NCBI GenBank assembly: GCA_039811685.1
Contig: JBDHZC010000001.1
Coordinates: 736,001-800,000 of the forward strand
Origin: Armatimonadota bacterium
GTDB taxonomy: Bacteria; Armatimonadota; UBA5829; DSUL01
Direction: 5' to 3'
DNA length: 64,000 bases
Within the stretch, counting starts at the first letter, position 1; each line of letters opens with the position of its first letter. A program made the translations under genes and the position numbers. Below are positions 49,322 through 58,028 of the stretch, in pieces. Under the pieces are notes generated by a model. That model searched no databases and was not told where the DNA came from. It was given only the letters and a program-made list of their open reading frames with translations.

Positions 49322-52300
49322 TCAAGGGAGTGCGGGACCCGCCTCGATCTTGACATCCGTGCGGCCTCTGGGAATCAGCTTCCGGATGCATACACCCATG
49401 TTCGTGTCTGTGCTCATGATGCCGGTGACATGAAGATAAGCGCCCACAGGAATCTGAGCCGCCGCAATGCCCGACATGCTCAGATCCACCTTGACGCCTC
49501 GGTTCAGCTCACCGCTGGCGGAGTGTGTGCCGTCCTTCAGATTGGACCCGTCATCAATCCACACAGCATTCGCCACCGGGTCTATGCCTGTCACAGTTCC
49601 CCACGTCCGAACCAGCGACCCGACATTATTCAGCCCAACGGCGTAGAACACGTCGAAGAAGCTGTCTATGACCGCGGACTGATTGCCTTCAGTCTCACCA
49701 CCGGTTGTCTTGTTATTCATACCGAGCGGCAGGACTGAGGCTTCCCCGTCATAGGCGATGGAAGTGGGGACAACAACGACTTCGCATCCCACGACGTCCA
49801 CTACGCCCTCGACATCAACTTCCATTCCGCCCATCGGGCCAGCCTGCACCGGTCCAAGAACCGCGATTCCGGCGCTTCGATCCGGAGGAACCCCTGGGGT
49901 ATCCGGATCCACATCGCTTCCACCCCGATACAGCTCGGAGATATAGAAGCGATCCGGGAACGCTGCCGTAATGACCTTATTCGGCAGGCAGACCACGGTT
50001 CCGACCGGCAGGAACTTCACATGCCCGATGTTCAGACAGCGCTTCTTGGTGTTGCTCTGAAGCGGCAGCCCGGTCTTACACACGTCAGCGCCGGTAGCCA
50101 TATTGACCGCGCTCACCTGTGTCAGAGTCATGCAGTAGGTACCGTTGATGGTCCCTGGGAGCTTCATGATGTATTCCACCAGGAAGCACATACAGGACGG
50201 ATTGGCCGCTGTCCCGGGCGGCAGAATGAAGCTGCTGCTCGGGCAGATAACAGCCGTGCCGTTATCGGACGGATAGGTTCCGGTTCCGAACACAGGCTCT
50301 CCAAAGTCGGCAACACCATTGCAGTTGGTGTCAGCGATGACGCGGATGAGCGCGATGTCCTTCTTGTCGTTACCCGACCCGCACGCCTGAAGCTGGATGC
50401 AGCCCAGGCGAACATCCTGCGGACACGGATTGCAGATCTGGAACTGGAACATGCGGTTACGCTTCGGCAGGCCCGGCCACCACTTGTGGTTTGGTGGGTT
50501 GTTCGGCCCGGGTCTGATATCGAGACAGCACGGCTCCGGTGACACGATCTTTATTGCGCTTGTCAAGGGAAGCGTGTTGGCGCAGATGGGTTCGCAGTTG
50601 GGTCCAAGGATGTCCGTCAGGACAAAACCATAGGTCCCGCCCGGATTCGGGCACTTCATCATGTAGTAGAAGTTGAAGCACACGCATTCGCCCGGCTTCA
50701 GCGCAATAACTCCATTCGGACTGCACAGGCGCGCAATCCCGTTGTCTGAGCTATATGCGCCCGTCAGTGTTATTGGAGGCGTCTCCGGCTGACCGTCGCA
50801 GTTCCGGTCAATCTGAAGGACGACCGCCGAGATACCAGACTGATCGTTACCCGTGCCGAACGCCTTCAGCATGACTCCGCTGATGAACTTGACATCCGGG
50901 CAAGGATTGCAGATGCGCACCTTCTGCATCAGGTTGAGCGCGGGATCACCACCAGGCGGACACACGAAATCATGGTCCGGCACCTGACCGTTCAGCCCAA
51001 CCTCCAGGCAGCACGGTGTGGTCTCAATAGTCTTGACGGCGCTGCGAATGGGGAGAGTCTCCACACACAGCGGAACGTCACATCCCGGGCCTCCGAGAGA
51101 TATCAGGTCAAAGTAGTACGTCCCCGGCACAACCGGACACGTCATGATGTAGTCCACCCGGATGCAGACGCACTGCCCCGGCTGCAGACAGAACAGCGGC
51201 CCGCCGGTCGGGCTGCAGATCACCAGCAGTCCGTTATCGGCCCCGTACTGGCCTGAGGCGATATTCACCGCATCGGGCTTGCCGTCGCAGTTGTAGTCCA
51301 GGCTGATCAGCACCTTCTGAATGCCGGTAGCGTCGTTCCCGGTGCCGCCTGCGTGTAATCTCAGCCCATAGACACACTGCGTGGTTGGACACGGATTGCA
51401 GACCCGGACTTCCTGCATGAAGTTCGGCGCATTCAGCCCGTCAGCGCTGCACTGGAACGTGTGGTCCGGCGGGTTGTGATCGCCTTTCACAGCAGTCAGA
51501 CAGCACGTGGTCACGGTCTTGATGGAGCTGCGGATGGGCAGTGGACCCGCACACACAGGTTTGCAGTTGGAACCAAGAATTCCCGTCACCGCAAAGCCGT
51601 AGGTCCCTGGCGGGACATTCGGGCACTTCATCCTGTAGTAGACGTTCAGACAGATGCACTCACCTGGCTGCAGAACGTACAGCGGCGCTGTCGGCAGACA
51701 GATGCTGGCTGTGCCATTGTCCGCGGAATAGATTCCGCTGGCGCTCGGACCGTCAATGACTCCGTCGCAGTTTCGATCAACGGCAACGATGACCGAAGAG
51801 ATGCCGGCAAGGTCATTTCCGCTGCCAAACGCCTGGAGACTCAGCCCGTAGACCGGCTGCGGCGTCGGGCACGGGTTGCAGATGCGAACCTGGCCCATGA
51901 AGTTCAGCGGGTTGTTAGGCGTGCAGATGAAGTTGTGATCCGGCGGCGACTTCGGCCCCTTGCTCACCTCCAGACAACACGGCCTGACAACGGTCTTGGT
52001 GGCGCTTGGAATTGGCAGGGTGTTTGCGCACAGCGGCTCACAATTCGGGCCCCCAAGCAGCGCTTGAAGTGTGAAGCTGTAGGTCCCCGGCGGGGCGTTG
52101 CAGTTCATCTGGTATTCGATGCGAATACAGACGCACTGGCCTGGCTCCAGACATGCAAGAGGACCGGTCGCCGGATCACCGCACCAGCTCAAAGTGCCGT
52201 TGTCGGAGCTGTATGTTCCGATTGGCCGCGGCGCGGTATCGGCCTTTCCATCGCAGTCGTAGTCTATACTGACCAGCACCTGCGCGATACCCGTCAGGTC

Positions 52301-53560
52301 ATTGCCGGTGCCATTAGCCACAAGCTTCAGGCCGTCAATGCACTTGTAGGTGTCGCATGGGTTGCAGATACGGACTTCCTGCATGAAGTTGCGCTCCGGA
52401 TTCTGACCGGGAGTGCAGGTAAAAGTGTGGTTTCCAGGATTGTGCGGCCCAGGCTGCACTTGCAGACAGCAGTCTTCCACGTTCTTGCACGCGCTCTTCA
52501 GCGGCAGGACGTTGGCGCAGATGGGCTGGCAGTTCGGACCAAGAATAGCGTCCAGCTCGAAGCAGTACTGCCCCGGCGGGGTCGGGCAGCGCATCTGATA
52601 GTAGATATTGATGCAGACGCACTGTCCTGGCGCAAGGGTATAGATGGGTCCGAGTGATGAGCAGAACGTCAGCGTCCCATCGTCGGCCGTGTACGCTCCC
52701 GCACTGATGAGGGCGGTGTCCGGATTACCATCGCAATCTTTATCAATGGCCACCAGAACCTGCTGAATCCCCGCGACGTCATTTCCCGATCCGAAGGCCT
52801 TCAGAATGAGACCGCTGATAGGTTGCGGCGTCGGGCACGGATTGCAGACCTGCGCCTGCATCATGAAGTTGGGAGCGTTCACCGTGCCGGGCACACACTG
52901 GAAGTCGTGGTCGGCAGGATGCTTCGGACCGTAAGATACTTCCAGACAGCACGGCTGATCGCACTCTACGGTCTTAATGGCGCTCTTGAAAGGAGCGTTC
53001 GGATTACACAGCGGGTACGGCTGACAGTTCGGACCCTGCAGGATAGAGGTAATCGCGAACTGGTAGGTGGCTCCGCACGGGGCATCCGGCTTCAGAACAT
53101 ATTCGATCAGCAGACAGATGCACCGGTCTGTCGTGAGGTAAGTCGCTGCGAAAGGCAGCGTTGGATTACATACGGTCAGCGTGCCATTGTCAACCGGGTA
53201 GCCGCCTGGAACCGTAATAACGGGGTCTCCTGAGTCCGGCACTCCGTTGCAGTTCACATCGTAGGTGATGCGCACAGCCTGGATGTCCGTGGCATCGTTT
53301 CCGGTGCCGGACGCCGTCAACCGGAGGCCGGTAACATTGATAGGCTGATTCACTCCCGGCGGACACGACAAGCATAGCTTGGCGTGCATCATGAGGTTCG
53401 GCTGATCCGGGTTAGCCGGATCAAAATGCCACGTATGGTCCGGCGGTTGAGCCGCTCCTGGCGTGACGTTGACGCAACAGAGATTCTGCGCGACCACCGA
53501 CACGCTGCCCAGAAGCGACAGCGCCAACAGCGCTGTCACAAACAACAGTCGTGCTTTCAT
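49322..53560 (-). CDS. Secreted 1412-aa protein with seven ~160-aa Cys-rich repeats and a C-terminal surface domain
   Basis: Signal peptide; repeats begin CCL and contain CNPC, GxGND, DxxCxG, CxC. GGGAGG RBS. Confidence 0.88.
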   Translation of the reverse strand: MKARLLFVTALLALSLLGSVSVVAQNLCCVNVTPGAAQPPDHTWHFDPANPDQPNLMMHAKLCLSCPPGVNQPINVTGLRLTASGTGNDATDIQAVRITYDVNCNGVPDSGDPVITVPGGYPVDNGTLTVCNPTLPFAATYLTTDRCICLLIEYVLKPDAPCGATYQFAITSILQGPNCQPYPLCNPNAPFKSAIKTVECDQPCCLEVSYGPKHPADHDFQCVPGTVNAPNFMMQAQVCNPCPTPQPISGLILKAFGSGNDVAGIQQVLVAIDKDCDGNPDTALISAGAYTADDGTLTFCSSLGPIYTLAPGQCVCINIYYQMRCPTPPGQYCFELDAILGPNCQPICANVLPLKSACKNVEDCCLQVQPGPHNPGNHTFTCTPGQNPERNFMQEVRICNPCDTYKCIDGLKLVANGTGNDLTGIAQVLVSIDYDCDGKADTAPRPIGTYSSDNGTLSWCGDPATGPLACLEPGQCVCIRIEYQMNCNAPPGTYSFTLQALLGGPNCEPLCANTLPIPSATKTVVRPCCLEVSKGPKSPPDHNFICTPNNPLNFMGQVRICNPCPTPQPVYGLSLQAFGSGNDLAGISSVIVAVDRNCDGVIDGPSASGIYSADNGTASICLPTAPLYVLQPGECICLNVYYRMKCPNVPPGTYGFAVTGILGSNCKPVCAGPLPIRSSIKTVTTCCLTAVKGDHNPPDHTFQCSADGLNAPNFMQEVRVCNPCPTTQCVYGLRLHAGGTGNDATGIQKVLISLDYNCDGKPDAVNIASGQYGADNGLLVICSPTGGPLFCLQPGQCVCIRVDYIMTCPVVPGTYYFDLISLGGPGCDVPLCVETLPIRSAVKTIETTPCCLEVGLNGQVPDHDFVCPPGGDPALNLMQKVRICNPCPDVKFISGVMLKAFGTGNDQSGISAVVLQIDRNCDGQPETPPITLTGAYSSDNGIARLCSPNGVIALKPGECVCFNFYYMMKCPNPGGTYGFVLTDILGPNCEPICANTLPLTSAIKIVSPEPCCLDIRPGPNNPPNHKWWPGLPKRNRMFQFQICNPCPQDVRLGCIQLQACGSGNDKKDIALIRVIADTNCNGVADFGEPVFGTGTYPSDNGTAVICPSSSFILPPGTAANPSCMCFLVEYIMKLPGTINGTYCMTLTQVSAVNMATGADVCKTGLPLQSNTKKRCLNIGHVKFLPVGTVVCLPNKVITAAFPDRFYISELYRGGSDVDPDTPGVPPDRSAGIAVLGPVQAGPMGGMEVDVEGVVDVVGCEVVVVPTSIAYDGEASVLPLGMNNKTTGGETEGNQSAVIDSFFDVFYAVGLNNVGSLVRTWGTVTGIDPVANAVWIDDGSNLKDGTHSASGELNRGVKVDLSMSGIAAAQIPVGAYLHVTGIMSTDTNMGVCIRKLIPRGRTDVKIEAGPALP

Positions 53561-53824
53561 TGAAGACCCTCCCTCATTCCACCATAGCGCTACTATGAGC
53601 GCCGGCGGACAATCAAATCAACTTCACTAGCAGACCGTAGAGGATGCAGTCGTCCGTTGCATCATTCATCAGGTACTTCCACACATGGCACGCAGCGTTC
53701 TAGGCCGAAAGTACTAGCTGGTATTGATTTTCACATTCAGATGGAGCGTGAGTCAAGAGTGTCTTAGAGAATTCTTATCAATAATCTCTGCCAGACAGCG
53801 CCCAGACGGTCGCATTGAGGATGT

Positions 53825-54805
53825 TTATGACTGTTTGACGGGGTTGGCGTTGGGGGTAGCGTAGGAGACTGAAGACTCGCGGTACTCTTGTACCAGGACT
53901 GGTGACTGCGTGTCTTTGCCGGTTTTCACCAGCCAGCTAACGTTCCGGCTGGCTTTCTCAGAGTAAATCAGCATAGTGGACGGATCAATCAGACGCTCGC
54001 CCGACCCATCGATTGTAAAGCCTTTGACAGCAGGCAGGTAGCGGATTTCGGGAACAACCGGCACATCGGCCCGGATGAAGTCGCTGAGCTTCTGTCGGAT
54101 TCTGTCACGGTCGTTGGTGAAAAGAAGGCGCAATCTCGCCAGTTTTTTCCCATCCTGCTCAACGAAGCTGTCCAGATAAGTGATTACGTAGTAGCGCGCG
54201 AGGGCGCCGTCGGGCATCGCGAACGCGCTTTCGCCGATCCAGACAGAACCAGGTTTGCCCTTCTGGCCCAGCAGTTGTCCAATTCGGGTGTTCCACTGAA
54301 CGCTCTCCCGCTCAACCAATGCAGCTTCGTTCATCAGCGGATAAAGCAGATTCTTCGCGTCTTTGGGGGCCACCTTCTGCGCAGCTTCCAGCACTCCCGC
54401 GTATCCATCTATGGCCTTTAGTCTGCCCTCGGCGTCGAGATGATAAGTGACGCGAGTGTCCTGAATAACATCGAGCACCGCATCGTTCACGACTTTTCCA
54501 TCGCGCTTCATCTCGTGAGATACGGGCGCTGAGCTGATAACGTAGCCGGCCCCTTCTTTTCTTAACGAAAGGCGCGTGCTGGCGGTGGACTCTTCGGATA
54601 TGTCGGGCGCTCCTCCCGCAACGATGGTTCGTCTGGTCAGCGTCGTTTCGGTATAGGTCAACGGCGTGGGTGGGCTGTAGGTGAAGATAACCTCCGGCGC
54701 AGCTTCGTCCCCAAGCCCGGGCAATGCTGATACAGCAAAAAGCGCAACGGCAATTCCCGTCAAGCGAAAAATGAAACGAGTGTTACTTGAGGCGACCAAT
54801 CGCAA
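53825..54805 (-). CDS. Secreted hypothetical protein
   Basis: 326-aa ORF with signal peptide and GGAGGAG RBS. Confidence 0.72.
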   Translation of the reverse strand: MRLVASSNTRFIFRLTGIAVALFAVSALPGLGDEAAPEVIFTYSPPTPLTYTETTLTRRTIVAGGAPDISEESTASTRLSLRKEGAGYVISSAPVSHEMKRDGKVVNDAVLDVIQDTRVTYHLDAEGRLKAIDGYAGVLEAAQKVAPKDAKNLLYPLMNEAALVERESVQWNTRIGQLLGQKGKPGSVWIGESAFAMPDGALARYYVITYLDSFVEQDGKKLARLRLLFTNDRDRIRQKLSDFIRADVPVVPEIRYLPAVKGFTIDGSGERLIDPSTMLIYSEKASRNVSWLVKTGKDTQSPVLVQEYRESSVSYATPNANPVKQS

Positions 54806-54883
54806 ACTCCTCCACGGACATCAGAACAGCGAGTGCAGACCTGTCTATTATGACGCAAACAGCCAGAATAAAGATGCCAGGGC

Positions 54884-54912
54884 TTGCCACTGTAGAGGTA
54901 AGGGCGTATGAT
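54884..54912 (+). promoter_or_regulatory. Putative sigma70 promoter of the metal-efflux operon
   Basis: TTGCCA-17bp-TATGAT. Confidence 0.6.
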
Positions 54913-54986
54913 ATCAGGAACCTGAGGCAGTGCAACACGTCTAGTGTGATGGTGGATCGCCAATCAGCCACAACTGAGCGAAGAGG

Positions 54987-55457
54987 ATGAAGACCCGATC
55001 AACTGAGCTATCCAGAGGACTGGCAGTGCTTGTCGCCGTAATTCTCGCGACGATGACGGCGTCCTTCGCCTCGGCATGGTTTTGTCCGAACGGCGCTCGA
55101 TGTGGCAGCGCGGGATCGGCGTGCCAGACAGGACACGAAGCATCTCAAACAGACGCTGCCCAGGCGGCTGAAGCATGCCCTGCGTGCACCTCGCGCACGA
55201 GCGCCTCAACACCGGAGATTACATCGACTCACAAGTGTGTTCTCCTCCTGAGTCACGTGGGCGACGCGGCTACAGCAGCGGCACGGGCATCCTGGGAAAG
55301 TAACTCCAGCATCTCTTCGCTGGCTATCCTTTCAGACTCCAGTGTTCTCTCGCCATCAGCATATCTGGGCACTGAACACCTCTACTGCACAGATTCCTCA
55401 CCACCTCCGAGCGTGATTTGTCACATCTCGGCCGGACTCTCTCCCCCCGACCTCTGA
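54987..55457 (+). CDS. Cys-rich exported leader protein (DUF2946/CutF-like candidate)
   Basis: Signal peptide, 8 Cys including CPAC, Pro-rich C-terminus ending GLSPPDL. Confidence 0.65.
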   Translation: MKTRSTELSRGLAVLVAVILATMTASFASAWFCPNGARCGSAGSACQTGHEASQTDAAQAAEACPACTSRTSASTPEITSTHKCVLLLSHVGDAATAAARASWESNSSISSLAILSDSSVLSPSAYLGTEHLYCTDSSPPPSVICHISAGLSPPDL

Positions 55458-55622
55458 GCGCATTTCTGCTGGCACAGTAAGAGGCGCCAGGCGCCCTTGT
55501 GCTGGTTTTCCCTACATTCGGTAGCTTACCATTGCTCCCTAGTTGTGCGCCGATTGCTGCGCACGCCCGTCCGTAACACACGGACTGGATAGAACTGTCC
55601 GGCATCAGGCTCAGAGGACTCT

Positions 55623-58028
55623 ATGAGACATATCCAGAGATGGATTCTGCCCATATTAGTGGGTTTGCAGGCTCTTTTGACAGGTATAGCGGCATGGGCT
55701 CTGCCTCAGGCGAAGGCGGGGCCGTACCGCGTCACGCTGGTCACACGCCCCGAGACGATTCCTGTAGGGCAGGCGGATATCGTTTTGTCTATTACCGATG
55801 ACGCCGGCAAGCCTGTCGAAGATGCTGCGGTCCGCGCCATAGCGCGTATGCCAGGTATGCCGATGGGTGAGCGCGAGCAGATCGCAGCGCCCGGCAAAGA
55901 AAGCGGGCAGTACGTTGCGCCGGCCGTCTTTCCCATGGCGGGCGGCTATGAAATAGCCGTGTCCATAAACGGACACCACGGCAGCGCCAACGCAACGTGG
56001 CAAGTGAAAACAGGTCAAAACACCGCACTTTCCCAGCGCGGAATCCCCCTCAATGTGGCCGGCCTCGTCGTTCTGCTCGCCGTCGCCGGTGCGTTTGTTA
56101 TCGCCCGTATGCGCGCTACAGAGCAGAGGGTCTACTGGAAGGGCATGCTGACAAAGCCAGTCGTTACGGGAATGCTGCTGCTTATCGCAGGCGTACTCGT
56201 GGCGATGTTCGCAGTTCATCACTTCAGGCGTGAAGGCGCTATGACCCCCATCGAAGCCCAGGCGATGGAGATGAATACCCCTGCCCCGCCCGGAGTTGCA
56301 CCGGTGGTTTTGGCAAAGGTGGAGCGGCGGACTATTACCAGCGCTGTCCGCTACACAGGGCAGGCCGTGGGATACGTGGAGCAGGACGTGTTCCCGCGCG
56401 TCACTGGCGTCATAACCTGGATGCCCTACTATGCCGGCGACCGCGTCAAGGCAGGACAGCTTCTGGCCAGACTGGACACAACGCAGATCGATCCGGAATT
56501 GCAGGGGCGCGAGGCTGCGCTGCAGGTCACGCGGCAGGGGATTGGAGTAGCACAGAGCGAGATAGACAAGGCTCTGCGGGCGGCAGAGCGGGCAAGGGCT
56601 GAGCACGATGGAGCACGGGCTGCGGTAGCTGAGGCAGAGGCGAATCTCGCAGCGGCGCAACAACAGAGAGAATCCGCTTCTGAGGGGGTGACATCAGCTC
56701 AGGCGGCAGTCACCGATGCCCGAGCGCAGGTTGAGGCTGCGGATGCGGATCGGCAATACTGGCGCGGGCAGATCCAGCGCACGGCTGAGTTGCTGAAGGC
56801 CGGCGCCGTATCCGGCGAAGAATACAAGCGCGACAAAGCCCAGGCAGACACATCAGAAGCCAGGGTCAGGCAGGCTCAGGCGCAGGTGCAAAAAGCTGTC
56901 GCCGGTGTCAGAACAGCACAGAGCGCTCTCCGGGCATCAGAAGCGGGAGTGAAGGCCGCGCAGGCCAGGCTGAAGCAGGCAAATACGCAGCAACAGGTGC
57001 AGCGCGCAAATATTGGAGAAGAGGCGGCCGGTGTTGAGGTCGCGCGCAGAAAACTGGCCCAGGCTGAGGCGACCGCGGCGGAGAGCCGCGCATCGGTGCT
57101 GTCGGCGGCGACAACAAAGAGCTATTCGCGGATACTTGCGCAGACGGATGGCGTCGTCACACAGCGGCTGATCAGCCCCGGCGTCCTGGCCAGCCCTGAG
57201 CAGGCTATTTTGAAGATCGCTCAGATCAGTCCAATACGCCTGCAGGTCAACGTTTCCGAACCCGATATCAGCCGGATCCGGCCGGGAAACAGTGTGAAAG
57301 TGCAGCCGAAAGAGGGCGGAAAGCCGCTGGACACGCGTGTGTCGTCGGTATCTCCGGCGCTTGATCCACAGTCACGCATGGGCGTCGTGGAAGCCATCGT
57401 TCCCAACGAAGATCACCGGTTTCTACCAGGCTCCTACGTAGTTATGAGCATCAACACCGGGCTCACCCACAACGCTCTCACTGTGCCGGTTGAGGCAATC
57501 CAGTACGACAACGAGGTGCGTGGCGCGCAGAGCAAGGCTTCTCAGCCGTACGTGTGGCTGGCGCAGAGCGCGCCCGGCGGCAGCCTCACGGCTCATCGCG
57601 TGGACATTACCACAGGAGTCACAGATGGGCAGTACACGGAGATTCTTTCGGGTCTGACAGACGGGCAGAAGGTGATCACCGAGGGTCAGGACTATCTGAA
57701 AGAGGGTGATGCGCTTGTGGACAGCAGCGAGGCCCCCGCGCAAACGCAGGCGACACAGACAAGCGATATTCAGACGGCGCAGATAGAGGTGCTTTCAGGT
57801 GGCTACAAACCGTCCAGCGTGACATTGAGACCTGGCGTGCGAGCCAGGCTGACTTTTGTGAGGACGTCGGAAGTCGGGTGCGGCACGGAAGTGCTGATCC
57901 CAGCCTACGATGTTGACAAACCCCTCCCGCTGAACAAGCCCGTCATCGTCGAAATCACCCCGCGCAAGGGTGAGTTTCAGTTCAACTGCGGGATGAACAT
58001 GCTCAAAGGAAAGCTGGTGGTGAAGTGA
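55623..58028 (+). CDS. RND efflux periplasmic adaptor with N-terminal YtkA/FixH-like and C-terminal cupredoxin domains
   Basis: MPGMPMG...GQY...FPMAGGY; membrane fusion core (PRVTG.I...GDRVKAGQLL, long coiled coil, EILSGL.DGQKV); GCG...FNCGMNMLKG. Confidence 0.88.
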   Translation: MRHIQRWILPILVGLQALLTGIAAWALPQAKAGPYRVTLVTRPETIPVGQADIVLSITDDAGKPVEDAAVRAIARMPGMPMGEREQIAAPGKESGQYVAPAVFPMAGGYEIAVSINGHHGSANATWQVKTGQNTALSQRGIPLNVAGLVVLLAVAGAFVIARMRATEQRVYWKGMLTKPVVTGMLLLIAGVLVAMFAVHHFRREGAMTPIEAQAMEMNTPAPPGVAPVVLAKVERRTITSAVRYTGQAVGYVEQDVFPRVTGVITWMPYYAGDRVKAGQLLARLDTTQIDPELQGREAALQVTRQGIGVAQSEIDKALRAAERARAEHDGARAAVAEAEANLAAAQQQRESASEGVTSAQAAVTDARAQVEAADADRQYWRGQIQRTAELLKAGAVSGEEYKRDKAQADTSEARVRQAQAQVQKAVAGVRTAQSALRASEAGVKAAQARLKQANTQQQVQRANIGEEAAGVEVARRKLAQAEATAAESRASVLSAATTKSYSRILAQTDGVVTQRLISPGVLASPEQAILKIAQISPIRLQVNVSEPDISRIRPGNSVKVQPKEGGKPLDTRVSSVSPALDPQSRMGVVEAIVPNEDHRFLPGSYVVMSINTGLTHNALTVPVEAIQYDNEVRGAQSKASQPYVWLAQSAPGGSLTAHRVDITTGVTDGQYTEILSGLTDGQKVITEGQDYLKEGDALVDSSEAPAQTQATQTSDIQTAQIEVLSGGYKPSSVTLRPGVRARLTFVRTSEVGCGTEVLIPAYDVDKPLPLNKPVIVEITPRKGEFQFNCGMNMLKGKLVVK

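Noticed and set aside
54883..54902. CueR/MerR-type operator (CTTGCC-N8-GGTAAG)
   Set aside because: The dyad is imperfect and the promoter spacer is 17 bp, not the 19-20 bp typical of MerR promoters.
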